A stretch of DNA of 63,194 nt, counting the filler, from Sphacelaria rigidula (taxonomy: Eukaryota), in assembly GCA_964200075.2 (NCBI GenBank). It is 5 parts of 5 records of this genome, joined end to end, with 100 filler letters (N's around TTAATTAATTAA, not from the genome) between each part and the next. Parts side by side here need not be neighbours in the genome. Positions count along the whole stretch, not along the records: positions 12,661 to 25,220 come from CAXNAA020003631.1; 4 more parts are not named here. One strand, 5' to 3'. Shown here piece after piece: positions 12,661-24,589 of this stretch (the stretch's first letter is position 1; each line of letters begins with the position of its first letter). The position numbers and the translations under genes are program-made. The notes under the pieces are model-generated. The model saw only the letters and a program-made list of their open reading frames with translations, did not search any database and was not told where the DNA came from.

Positions 12661-14217
12661 GGCCACTCACCGGCCCACGTTTGGTTTGCGTGTATTGAAA
12701 TATTGTGTGGGCCCTCGCCAGGGCATAATTAACAAAACTCAGTGGATCAGTTTTTTTTAATTCAGTTTTCCACTGGTTTAGGGCGTTTTAGTATGAAGAC
12801 CATTTCTTCACGAGAACGTTCTAACCTCTATGAAAAAAATGAAGGGCCATTTTTTTTTATTCGGCACACTTTTGTGGTTCTCCATGCTAACTTTCAAATC
12901 ACAATACTAGAAATTGAGCCAAAACTTTGACATAAGGTGTAACAAAAATATTCATTTCTGCTCAAAACTCCACTGAAAACACGAGGAAAATGAAAAATAA
13001 TGGGAAAAAAATGAGAAAAGGTAACAAGCTGTTTTATTTTTTTATCATGCACTAGCGGTTCACCACACGAAATTTCATGCAACTGCTCTCAAAAATTGAG
13101 ACGCGATATCCAGATTTAGGGCATCTAGTGCCTCTACTCGTGATATATTGATTTTAGTATAGAAATTTATGTGCGCCCTATCTCGGGATAGATGGCGGAT
13201 TAGGTGAGGGTGAGGATATCTATCGTCTCCCCTTGCTCCAGAGAATGTCCACACCAAAACTCGTCGTCATCCGCTGAATGCATCAATCGGGCTTTTCATA
13301 TAGGTTTTAGTATGGACGCCATCTCCGTTAGGTAGAGGAATTGCTAGATATGGGGTTTATTCAACGAGAAAGTATAGGCCCAAAATTTCAGCAGATGGGC
13401 ACCTTCCCCTTGGTTGGACGATTAATACGATATGCGGATCACGGCCCAACTCGTCTGTGTCGATGAGATATTGCTTTCAGAGCTTAAGTCCGTTGCTAGG
13501 CTGGCCCAGCTCGTAGCGAGCCGCTGTTGAGGAACTCCCTATTTAGGCGTGAGGCTCGCAAGGCTTTGTATTTTTGCTGCCTTGCCCGATTCAGGGGCTG
13601 GTGTGAGCTCAAGCAAGAATTTAGTTCACTTCTGTTGCGTCTTTTTTTCCCCCCTGGCTGTCCTTGGAAAAGGCGAAGCTCACTCTTTCTAGCTATAAAA
13701 CGTGTTCACAGCGGGCCGCTCGCTACTTGTATTGGTTCCGTTTTATTTTTTTTAATCGTCCCTATGTCTCGCGTCGGTAGGTCTGTTTTTCTGTGTTCGT
13801 CAATGTGTACGTGTATTGTATCTGTATCTGTGCTATATACCTTTGCTTTTCATCTTTTCGTCTTTCCGTGAACGCCCTCCTTCATCTCCCACGCCCAACG
13901 CAAAACTCTTATTTTTACCGCGCGCGTGTCGATATTTGTCTCCAGGTGTTGAAAACAACGCCTTTTCGGTCCGGGTGGGGCGACTCCGACATAGGTCAAT
14001 TCTGGGGAGGCATCAACATTCAGGGGTTTCTTCCCTATTACTACGAGGTCCGTATACTGCTACAGTACCGTAAATTATGTTGTGAAAACTGCAGTTTTGT
14101 TGCCTCAAGCGAATTACATTCTACAATTGTTTTCTCGGTTCGTTAAAGTCTACATTGTTTTGTTATAGTGGTCAGGCATCCACACAAGTGTTGATCATTT
14201 GCGTTACGACTAGTAAG

Positions 14218-14505
14218 GATGTTTTCGTGAGATTGAGAGTAGAAGGTACGATGGAGAGTGAGAAGCGGTCACTTCGTGAATGAATCGTTTCAGTTCCGAA
14301 ATGCCCCTCCACGAGGCCCGATATGCTTTCCGGAGTAGCTTGCCGCTGAAGCCCTTGATATCCCTGAGTAGGATGTCGACGTGTAGCTGTAAGCACACGA
14401 TAAGAGGTAAAGAAAAGCACGCATTCGGCATGAAAAATTGGCCAAGTTGAAGCGAATGATAAAACCCACTCTCAATCAGGGCTCTCTCAATCTCACGAAG
14501 ACATT
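14218..14505. repeat. Short element bounded by ~23-bp inverted repeats
   Basis: ATGTTTTCGTGAGATTGAGAG near 14219 versus CTCTCAATCTCACGAAGACAT near 14484. Confidence 0.45.
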
Positions 14506-15345
14506 GTTTAGTTTACCTTTTCATGTCCACAACGGTAAGCCCCTCGATTGAGTGCTTTTCTTCTCCTGTTTTTGGGCGCACTTTCAAACCCTCCCCTTCC
14601 TCTGGACAAATGCATGTTCTCAAGGGCCCAATCCCTCCCTCACCCGATACACATCTTGACCTTTGACGTCGTGGATTAAATCAACACTTCCGCACCGCCA
14701 CAACGCTCATCGAATGAGCTTTTTCGGCACTCACGCCCTCATGTTTTCAGCGACCGAATTCAGAAACGTTTTAAATGCCTCTGCCGAGAATCGAACCCCG
14801 TATTTTTTCTGCATTCAAGAAGTGGTGTCAGTTGTGTACGATTCGACCGCTGTGGCGCGGCGTATCATGTATCGTCATTCGACGATGCTGCTATGGTGTT
14901 CAGGTAACGCTCCTTTCGGGACGGTTTTATTTTGACACGTTTACTAAAAGCAACATGACAAAAATACGCCACACCGTGAGTATTGTTTTCGGGATGGACC
15001 TGTGCACACAAGAGCGCTCATCAGGAATTCCTACTGCATATAAAACACCGTAGTTGACACAACACCCCACCGTCATGCCCCGTGGGTCTCTTCCAAGTTA
15101 GAAAAGTATTGGCATCACCTTTTTTTCGTGTGTATTTTACGTTTAAGTTCCGAGGAGAAAGAATGTATGCAGCCTTGCGGGGCGCCACGAGGCCCCTCAT
15201 TCCTCTGCGGGCGACGAGTGGGCGCAGGAGCTTTTTTTTACGACGACTAGCGGAGTGTGCTTCAAAATTGTACTGTATCGGCACCTGGGGAAATTGTCGA
15301 TATTTTCGATACCGTTAGACAACCCCGCCCTGTTGCTTTGAAAAG

Positions 15346-15840
15346 GCTGTGTTTTGTAGGGTATACAGTTCCCAGAAGTAGGAAATTTGTGGTTGGCGTA
15401 CTCATTCATACCGAAGCGTGTATCGAACATCCCGGTATGGCTCGACAGGGTGTCAAGCCCTGTCCCGAACACTCCGATACAGTCAGGGAGGATTTTTGCT
15501 GATAAAATATCACTTACGCAATTCTGTAAATACCCGAATCTCAGGTGCTATACCCTACAAAACACAACCTTGCACAAGTCGGACAGCTCATGAGGTACCT
15601 GAAGTGACTACTCGAAGATAACTCTCAGATCCGCTGTACAAAAACAAAAAACACGTGATGGCGGTGTCCGGGAAGCCAATTTTTTTCCCTTCGCGCTACA
15701 TCGGGTGCTCGGCGTCCATCGCTGTCGGAGGCTAATTCAGAAATAGTGGCCAAATGAGCTAGCTCATGATCCGGATCAGTACTCTAATAATAAGAAGTAA
15801 TATCAAGGTAGCTCATGAGCTGTCTGTCCGACGTGTGCAA
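15346..15840. repeat. Two adjacent inverted-repeat (MITE-like) segments
   Basis: TGTTTTGTAGGGTATA / TATACCCTACAAAACA (about 15349 and 15549); TTGCACAAGTCGGACAGCTCATGAG / CTCATGAGCTGTCTGTCCGACGTGTGCAA (about 15570 and 15812). Confidence 0.55.
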
Positions 15841-16561
15841 CGTTGTTTTTTTTTGCTTGCAAGCGACCGGCGCTATGCGACAAAGATGTTCGCCGCGAAG
15901 AAGAGTATCAAAAACACCTGTCACCTGCTCCAGTGATTCTTTGGTGGCATACTCCCCCATCTATCATGGCAGCGTTTGATCGAGTCCAGCGTCTTCTGTG
16001 CTGCCTCCTCGTTTTGAAGTGAGTGACGGATGACGATACCGTAGACGATCGATCGGTTTTGATCCGTCAAGGTATCCATCCATCCTGTGTCAATTCCAGT
16101 TTCACCGAGCGGGTGAGATGGGTATCTCGTTATTCTTGTGTTTTACAGTGTTCATGATAACACACACCCTGGACAATAGATGACATTATCATGAAGTGTA
16201 CTGTGTACAGTATCGACTATTGCGTGTATTGCGAGAGGCACAAGATTCCATAATGTAGGCAGTGCGCTCCTCCTTCATCCAGTATGTGCATGATAGCTGC
16301 CGCCAGACCCCGGTGGGCCAGACTCTTTGAAAGTCGCCAATAGACTTCTCGTAACCTCGATGGAAATCTTGTGTTCGAATCTCGAAGATGGCGTATCCTT
16401 TCTGATCTTCGCTATCGGAAACGTGAGAAACAATGAACGTGGGCGAAAACAACCAAACTGAGTACTGATGGTCATGATCCACTGCTCGGTAGCAAGGTAC
16501 AAAGCAAGTGCCCTTAAAACATAGGTAAATCCCAGTAGAGTACAGGTTCATCCCGAGGACG

Positions 16562-17007
16562 GGGGAGCAGAGGAATTGTGCTCATGATCTTGCATGCCGT
16601 AGTTGTAGGACCATTGAACTCGCATCCCTACAAAGCCGTGACGGAGCACGTGGGGTTTTGGCCGGACCAGGCTCGTAATCACCATGCGCGAAGCGCCGTG
16701 ATGTGTTCGACGAGTCACATGAAGGGTGAGCTGCAGCCAGCTAAGATTGTTCGGCCCAAGGCGCACTACATTAATTTTCTTGCTTATGGATGACGGCCTC
16801 GAATGAGTCGCTTCATTTTCTGGTATCGTCACTTCCAGAGACAGCCACGGATCACACACTGCCTCATGGGTGTCTCACTACTTGAACACTAGGTAGTACA
16901 ATCGTCTCTTTTGCGTGAAGTTTAGGTTCTCTCACCCCGCGCAGTGTGATTTAGGTAGACCGTCATCATGGTTGCCGCAAGACAAAAACAGAAGAGAAGG
17001 GAAAAAA
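16562..17007 (+). mobile_element. ~430-bp SINE-like or LINE-3'-end retroposon, family S1, copy 1
   Basis: Aligns by eye with 23550-23708, 35820-36075 and the reverse complement of 62550-62990. A-rich 3' end. Confidence 0.75.
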
Positions 17008-17296
17008 CGGTATCTTTGTTGCCTGGCTTTTGCGGTGGTTGCCGTATGTCACAGCATCGTTGCTGACCGACGCCAACCCTCAAAAGGGAGAGGGCCGGGG
17101 GGGGGGGGGGGGCAAGCGATGGCAAGCAAAAACAAAGGGTGTTCGGCCCGTTTTTTTTTGCTTTTTTGATGCGAGGGCCACGGTTTTTGGGTCGTGTCGA
17201 TCGTGAAATGCGCCTGCTGTCGCGCTCTCCTGCGCGTACCCTTTATTCTTGTCTGATGGCGGGAACAATCTTGAATTTTCCATCACTTTGAGCCGT

Positions 17297-17385
17297 ACTG
17301 CACTGCACTGCACTGCACTACACGTGCTGTGCTGTGCTGTGCTGTGCTGTGCTGTGCTGTGCTGTGCTGTGCTGTGCTGTGCTGT
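17297..17385. repeat. Compound pentanucleotide microsatellite (ACTGC)n-(GCTGT)n
   Basis: Visible tandem units. Confidence 0.95.
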
Positions 17386-17969
17386 ACTCTCATTCTTTTA
17401 CACACGAAATGTTTACTCATTATGTTCAATGAAGGGAAGCCAGAATGGTTTGCAGAGTACGGTATTTACTATGCCTGGAGAAAGGTTCTGAGCACAACTT
17501 CACGAGTTGAGTAGGGACAGACGTAAAACACTGAGGCGCTCCGACAGAGAAAGCTTCGCGTCAGTTTTTGTATGTGTGCCCGCAGCAGACGCCCGCCGTA
17601 GCTTGGATTTCACTAATTGTGGTTACGTTGGGGTATGTCCTCGAAAATCCTGGGTTCACAGTTGAAACCCTTGGTACTCTAAATGAATGCTGAGTGCTTT
17701 CGGCTTGGATTCCTGTGTAGCCTGGAGTACTGAGTCTGGCAATGGATACCCTGAGTACCTTGTGGAGTACTGTGTATTTCACAGCGGGGTACCCGGCGGT
17801 GAACCCGCCTCGAACCACGTGCGAATATCATGAACCCCCAAGACTCCTTCATTAAGTAGATCATTCCTAGAAGTGCCAGAGTTGAGTTTCACACGTCGGA
17901 CGACCACGACTATGACTCGTGGCACTCGCGCTCGTTCGGCTGCTCGTGGGCCGTATTTGGAGGTCCCCT

Positions 17970-18164
17970 AGCACTATAGTCATTGCTCGTGGTGTAAAAA
18001 ATAAACAGCGCGAGCACTCGAGTCATTACTCGTTGTTGACAATATTATGGGGCGAGCACTCGAGTCTTTGGTCGTGGTGAAATGAATTAATAGGACGAAC
18101 ACTCGAGTCATTGCTCGTGGTGGAAGAATAAATGACTCGAGCACACGAAACATTGCTCGTGGTG
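17970..18164. repeat. Five-unit 42-43-bp array: conserved palindromic ~27-nt repeat plus variable AT-rich spacers
   Basis: Consensus CGAGCACTCGAGTCATTGCTCGTGGTG at about 17968, 18011, 18053, 18096 and 18138. Confidence 0.85.
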
Positions 18165-18319
18165 AACGACTCGAGTCGAGGAGTCAGCAATCTGACGAGA
18201 AAATAATTATAGCGAGCTGCTCGACGATCTTGAACCTGGGATCTTCAAGTTCACACGCATATCTGCACATGTACAAGCGTGAAGCTTCAAAGCTGGTGTT
18301 TGTAGACTTGTGGCGCATC

Positions 18320-19159
18320 CACGGTCGCGCCAGAAAACCTGGCACATGTGCAAGGCATCTCGTGCGGGTACAAGGCATTCCAAGGAGAACAACATGGACA
18401 TAGCACATGCCCCCCATTCATTTCGAAAACACCCGACATGCTGGGACGTGCATCATCTCGAACAAAGAAGCTGAGCCGTGCAGGCAGTAGGTGCGAGTGG
18501 GTGCTAGGAAGTCAAGTGCGCATCCGTTGTGAAGTGCGAACATATCTGTAAGAACTCATCAGCAATGCCAACAGTAGGCGGAGCCGCAGCGAGTGCAGGG
18601 AGCCTACGGTGGTGTGGAGTACTGTACCAAGCAAATAAGCCGCAGCCGCCAACAGCGGTGATGGTGGTGCGGGGTACTGTACAAACAGATAAGCCGCGGT
18701 CGCCAACAGCCGTGATGGATGGTGGTGCGGAGTACCGTACAAGAAGAAAGGCCGCAGTCGCCAACTGTATAGCAAGAAGGCTGCGACTTTTCTGCTTGTA
18801 CAGTGTTCCGCACCACCGCAGGCTCCCTGCATTCGCTGGTGCTGCCCCGCCCATGTGATTAGAGAGACAGCGTCAGGCGTCAGGTTGCTGGCTGTACCGC
18901 ATGAGCGAGGCACTACTGATGACTCCTCGCAAGTATATTCGCAGTTCACAACGGATGCTCAGTTCACCTCTCTAGCACCCACTCGCACCTGCTGCCTGCA
19001 TGGTTCAGGTTATTTGCTCGAAATGATGCACGTCGCAGCTTGTCGGGTGTTTTCGAAAAGATTTGGGGGCATGTGCTATGCCGATGTTGTTTCGCTTGGT
19101 ATGCCTTGTACACGCCCGAGATGCCTTGCACATGAGCCAGGCTTTCTGGCTCGACCGTG
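18320..19159. mobile_element. Foldback element with ~250-bp inverted arms and internal ~54-bp tandem and inverted units
   Basis: 18320-18569 is the imperfect reverse complement of 18909-19159. Inner pair at about 18588-18648 and 18779-18838. Confidence 0.85.
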
Positions 19160-19180
19160 AAGGCAGCACAGTTAGACATG

Positions 19181-22046
19181 CTAATCGGGGCCAAACGATA
19201 TAGATAATCTTCTCCAAAAAGTGTGTAGGATCTTCCTGGTGGAAATCAAATAAGCCAATGAGATGAGGACGATCCGCCTAGTCGATCGGCGAAGAAGCGA
19301 ATGGGCCGCCCGGTTGGTTGGGAAAATAAGCGCAAAAGACCATCTGCACTCATGACACGGACACCTCCCTGCTGCATTGCATCGCCCGTACGGGCTGTTC
19401 ATCACCCATTTTCACATCAAAACTGTGACAGTGCAACACAGATGACCCACCCTGGGGGCCCCCGTCTGTATAGGTCGAGACAGAGCAGATCGAAAACGCA
19501 CAGTACAGAACAGCAGTACAATTCTTCACATTACAGTACCGTGTTGTCTTCCCTCCCCCACACATTGCGTTCGTTCCGTTTGTCTGTGGGTACCACCCAC
19601 CAAGGATCAGATTTCATGAAACCCTCCGACACCATCATCCCTTCCTGCCTCTAGTCGCAAAAAAAGTCCTTGGGCTGCGGTGGGCATTTATTTTTCAAGT
19701 GAATAGTACGCCCATACAAACACAACTGACCCATCATGAGGTGACTGCCGTCTGTGTAAACGGACAAAGCCGCGGTGCACCGTACAGCACAGTACAATCA
19801 GTACAGTACAATGTTATCTTCTCTGTGCCCCCGGCCGCATTCCTCCCTTCTTTTGGGGTATCGTCGAGTATCAGATTACTCCGTCAGAGGGCGTCACTCT
19901 CCCCTCCCGCTCCAAAAGTGACGCTCGAACGCCAGGGTGGTGCCTTGTGTTGATTTTTCAAGTCGAAATATCTGGAGACGGCGGCCTCTTCCTACAATAA
20001 CCGGCTTTAAAGTTGAACTCTCCGACCCCCGATTGGATCATCTGGGCTTTGCATTCATTTTTTCAAGCAAAAAATATGCCGATACAACATATGCCCGACC
20101 CTGTGGTGAGTGGAGGGTGAGTGACACTTGTCCGTGTATTCCCGACATACGAGCTCAAGTCACAGCAGACGGAGGCTGTAGAGGCGATACGGCGAACGTG
20201 GCGGTACCAATACAATCAACACCAAAGACGAAGAGAATAGCACAATTCGGTCACCATGATGTTGTCTGTTCCAGTACATGCCATGCTCTCAACCTTGGGT
20301 TCCTTATGTGGCTGTGTACAGAAGCGGCGGAGCTCTGCTCAACAGAAAATGTCTGAGTGTATCATATTTGCACATGCGCACGCACCGAACTAAAGTTACT
20401 CCGCGACCGATTGAGAGCTTCCCCTCGACCGTCGACGTTCCCCCCCGAGCCCCTTCTGGCTGGGATTATATGCATTATCATTTCATGTTTTTCACCACTT
20501 TTGCCGAGTTTTCTCTGCCAGCAAGGCATTTGATCACGCGCTTTCTTTTGCAGCGCACAAAGAAGGCGCAGCGGTACATTACCGTTCAGATTTGGGCGCC
20601 ATCTGATACCTGTGGCGCGTGTTCTGGCCACCGAAAGTCGCCCACCCGGGCTCTTTTTCGCGGGGTGTCGATCCCGAACCTCAAAAGCCTCTTCGAGATG
20701 ATGGAAAACTTCAAATAGGAACCCGAACCACAAAAGCCTGTTCATGGCGGGGGATTTTTTCACCGTGATTTTGCTTGCGTTCTCGTTGATTTTGGTGCAC
20801 GAAGACGGCGGTTATGTAGCGAATATCCCGAGAACATGAGAGCAAAGCAGTTGAAAAAAATTGAACGCTGCTTTCGCCCTGGTCAGAAGCAAACACAAGA
20901 CCGTGCCATGAGCCGATGGCGAGTTGAACAAGGCACACACGTGGGCAAACGTCCCCACTGTGGGTCACCTGCGGAAGATCAGCGCAGGGGGGTACCAAAA
21001 TCCCTGTGATCATGCAACCCGTAAGAGAGATTTCCCTTACAGGATGCACCTGTGAAGTACTGGCGCAGGGATGTCGTTTTGACAGGGATGACAGGAAATG
21101 TCCTTGCGACAGGGATGCATCCCTACGCCGGTACTTCACAGAGTCTGAAATCAAGCGAAATCGAGTACCAATCCTTGTTTACGTACATTTCTTCAGGTCT
21201 ACCAAGTGTGATTTGAAATCTGTGCGTGCGGGGTGGGGTTGGCATGCAGAGAACCGTGCACAAGTTCGCCGTGTACTACCAGGACGCGACTTTTTTCAGT
21301 AGCAATTACTTGCGATGTGTGCTGTGATGGGTCTCGTGCGTGATTGTGCTTTTTCCACCGCACACCACCCGTGAAGCAAGCTCTTCATGCTGGAAGTGCC
21401 CACCCCTCTTCCCGTGATGATCTTCAATCTTGGTCTGAGACAATTGAAACTGCGGAACATGACCGTATATCCCAGACAAATAACTCCATAATATGAAAAA
21501 GGGATGACACTGATACATTTTCGACTTGCGTCACTCCCGGGAGGCCAGTACCAACCTCCCAGAGGGGAATCCTGTTTCTCCCTCGTATTTATGGGGGACG
21601 GTGCATTGCTCAGGACATACTTCATCGAGGGGTGGGTTTTATCCGGGCGGTTCTCCACGGTTACTTGCGCGATTCGAGCACCAATTGTTACGTTGGGTGC
21701 TCAAAACCCCAGTTCATTGCACTGCAGCGCCCATTTCAGGGCACGTCCCGCGGTCAGATCAGTGAGCCGGAAATGATATATATTTCCTCCGGTTTAGAGT
21801 GTACGCCTTCAAAGCAGGAGGATAAGGCCGAGGCTATGGGCTGCGTGTGGATGGTCAGCAACACGATGTAGGGTGTGACAAGGGAGGGTGTTGCCTGCGC
21901 GCGCAGTCAACCCATCAAGAGATTGGATTGTGAAAGCAGGTTTATTTGGGCGGAGCATCCCAGGGCAAAAAAGAAAAAGAGCAATTTTTGTCTGTGGTCG
22001 TTGCGATTTACTCGAACAGCCCAGTCACTTTTTTTGCCCCGATTAG
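19181..22046. mobile_element. Candidate non-autonomous TIR element (CTAATCGGGGC ends, CATG on both sides)
   Basis: CATG|CTAATCGGGGCCAAA at 19177-19195 and TTTGCCCCGATTAG|CATG at 22033-22050. A third CTAATCGGGGC at 35031. Confidence 0.5.
21513..21574 (+). repeat. ~60-bp short interspersed repeat, family S2
   Basis: TTTTCGACTTGCGTCAC..GGGAGGCC.GTACCAACCT...GGGGAA.CCTG, with a reverse-complement copy at 24614-24676. Confidence 0.75.
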
Positions 22047-22564
22047 CATGCCTGCGCACGTACAAGCGTCGAGCTTCAAAGCGGACCAGGGTGGTATCCC
22101 ACGTCGCAAATCATGCACGGGCTGGCACGTCGCAAAGCGGACCAGGGTGTTCTGAACGTGGTTACTCGCGTTCTTAATCTACTTTCCTTCCAGAAGAGCT
22201 TTCTTTCCGTTTCATTGATTTCATTCTTTGTTTCTTCCATTTTTCCATTTTTTTTCGCTTTCTGTTCTGTTTGGCATATATCGTTTTTTTCCCGTTTTAA
22301 CCATATTTGTTCGTTCTGTATTTGTTCTTCTTTCTTTGGCGACTGTTTCCGTTTTTTGTTTGGCCACATTTTCCGCCGGAACCATGTGGCAGAGGCCGGC
22401 CATTTGTTTTCCTTCTTTTCCTTTTCTTTCATTATTTTATTTTTTATGTCGTAGTAAACTACTCCGTATGTTGTTCTGTCCCACCTTTTTTCTGTTTCTA
22501 TTTTTATTTTCCCCAGCAAGTGAGTCTTTCAGTCTCGTTTTGTCTCGGGTACCTCTATCATGCG

Positions 22565-22626
22565 ACCACGGCTGGATCCCTAGGGGGTCAGTGAAAGTGC
22601 GACGATCAATGAAATTAATCAATCAA
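22565..22626 (+). repeat. Retroposon 3' end with (AATC)n tail, family S3
   Basis: GCTGGA.CCCT.GGGG.TCAGT.AAAGTGCGACGATCAAT(CAAT)n. Second copy at 52881-52938, probable minus-strand tail at 24437-24496. Confidence 0.7.
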
Positions 22627-23358
22627 CCCTTGGGTACGACACGTCTATCATGTGGATTATGACCACGACTGGCAAATCCCTCGGAGATGACTTAATGCGA
22701 GACAATATATGAGTATTTCTACTATAGCCCCCCCCCCCCCCCCCGTCTCGAAAGGGATGCGTGGTCAATGGTCGAACGACTATGGCAAGTTTCAAACGAG
22801 TACGCCCGCCCCCAAACAAACAAACAAAAAGCAGCCCAAAACTGTCGCGAGGAAGATGGCCATACATCGCCCGATGTTTGATGTCAGCCCGCATAAACCG
22901 CCTCACATAGGCGACATTGCCGAAAACGAACCCAAGCGCGGGAATTCCTGGCTGCTCGTTGCGCTTGGCTTTTTTCTTTCCGATCATCATGTAGATTTTT
23001 CCTCCCCAAACCAGCCACTCTTCTGGGGGGTGGGGGAGGGGGTGGCTATCGTCGAAAGTGTCATATATATATATATATATACATGTATCCCGTCAAGTTT
23101 CAAGCCGTCCCCGTCTTTAAGATGAATCCGTATTCTGAGGAGATCAACCCGTGTCTCCAATGGTCGGGATCTGCTCTACATGTGGGTATCGATGAGTAGA
23201 TCATCACTTCCGCACCAGATCGATGCTCGTCAAATACGTTGCCTGCTACTCACGACCGCCCTCATGTTTATCGGTTTTGAGATAAGTTCACCTTCCAAAT
23301 GCCGAAGAATTGTAAACTTCCTCCTCTCTCCCCCATTTGTGACTTTTTTTTTTACCAG

Positions 23359-23462
23359 CACCGCGCAAAGGCGGAGAACAAGTACCGAGCGGTGGATCGG
23401 TGCGTCTACAACAACATGGTTGACGTCGAGGACTGCCGACAAATTTGCATGAAGGACGTCAG
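23359..23462 (+). CDS. Candidate isolated exon (HRAKAENKYRAVDRCVYNNMVDVEDCRQICMKDV), product unknown
   Basis: Strong acceptor (T)10ACCAG and donor AG|GTACGG, open frame with GC-rich third positions. Confidence 0.4.
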
Positions 23463-23549
23463 GTACGGCAACAACAATGCAGCCGGGCTCTTTGTACGTG
23501 CATGATAGTTTGATGCTTCAGAGCAAATTCGCGAAATTTGTTAAGACCG

Positions 23550-23708
23550 GAAGGGGTGTACGCATGATCATGCATGGCATAGTCGAAAGACCATTGACCT
23601 GATTATCTTGCATTTGGATGACAGCCTACGATGAATTGCCTCACTTTCTGGTATCGCCATTTCCAGAGACAGCCGCGGCTTATACATTGCCTCATGGGTG
23701 TCTCACCA
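23550..23708 (+). mobile_element. S1 retroposon copy 2, internally deleted
   Basis: 5' part (GATCATGCATG..CATTGACCT) joined directly to 3' part (GATTATCTTGCA..GGGTGTCTCACC). Confidence 0.7.
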
Positions 23709-24589
23709 GGGTTGAGATCAGACGGGGTGATACCTGACAAGCTAGCGTGCGCACGAGCCGCTGACGCCAACTTATTCCCTGGTGTAGTGCCGCTACCTCC
23801 CGATTATGTTGTTGTACAATCGACTCCATTTAGGTTGGAGAAGACACGGGTTCGAGTATTGCCAGACGCGTCGAGTTTGACCTTTTTCATTCAGGAGTGT
23901 CCGATTTCCGTCGTTGAACATGCAAGAGTGTGACCAATATAAAGAGGAAAATAGTCTTGTCCGACTGAACTTGCGAGACGACAGTCGACGCGATGCTGTA
24001 GTGCTCTGACCATGATCCAATCCAATCCGCGATAGTACCAAAGCGTAATGCGTGTACCGGGAGAGATAGGGAGACACAGACGGGTTGATCATCCCCTGTG
24101 ACCGGGAGCTCGTTCCCAGGAAGCGGAGGTGTTGAAAAGTGTCTCGAATGTGTCTTGTACGTGTGCATGTTCGAGATGTACTACTACTGGGGGCTGCCTT
24201 GTATTTGAATGGTCAAGCACGTTGGAATGTGTACGACTGCATCCAACACGCTTTCAGCCCGGGTCATGAGACGACGATGACGGTAGCCGTCGAACTTTCA
24301 AGGGTGTATAGGGTTGGGTAAATACCCGGGTATTTTCTCTCCCAAATTCTGTGTTGCTGTTGTCCGATCTCCAAACCCTACGAATATACTGGGCAGAGCT
24401 ACGTGCGGTCGTTATACGCTACCCAACCAATATACATTGATTGAATTGCTTGAATTACTTGATTTATTGATTGATTGATCGATTGATTGCCGCACATTAC
24501 CTGACCACCATGATAAACGTACCCAAGAAACGTAAAACTAAAACACTGGTTGGAAAAAACGAAGGAGTAGAAAAAAGTCGAACAGATAC

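Noticed and set aside
14560..14925. Minus-strand frame whose stops are all TGA (possible recoding)
   Set aside because: No recognisable protein, the related copy near 23.2 kb has other stops and shifts, and chance or decay explains it
16373..16384. B-box-like GTTCGAATCT upstream of S1 copy 1
   Set aside because: Not present upstream of other S1 copies, and no cloverleaf
17970..18164. Calling this a true CRISPR array
   Set aside because: No cas genes or leader, spacers only ~15 nt and similar to each other, eukaryotic context. Kept only as a repeat and a finding
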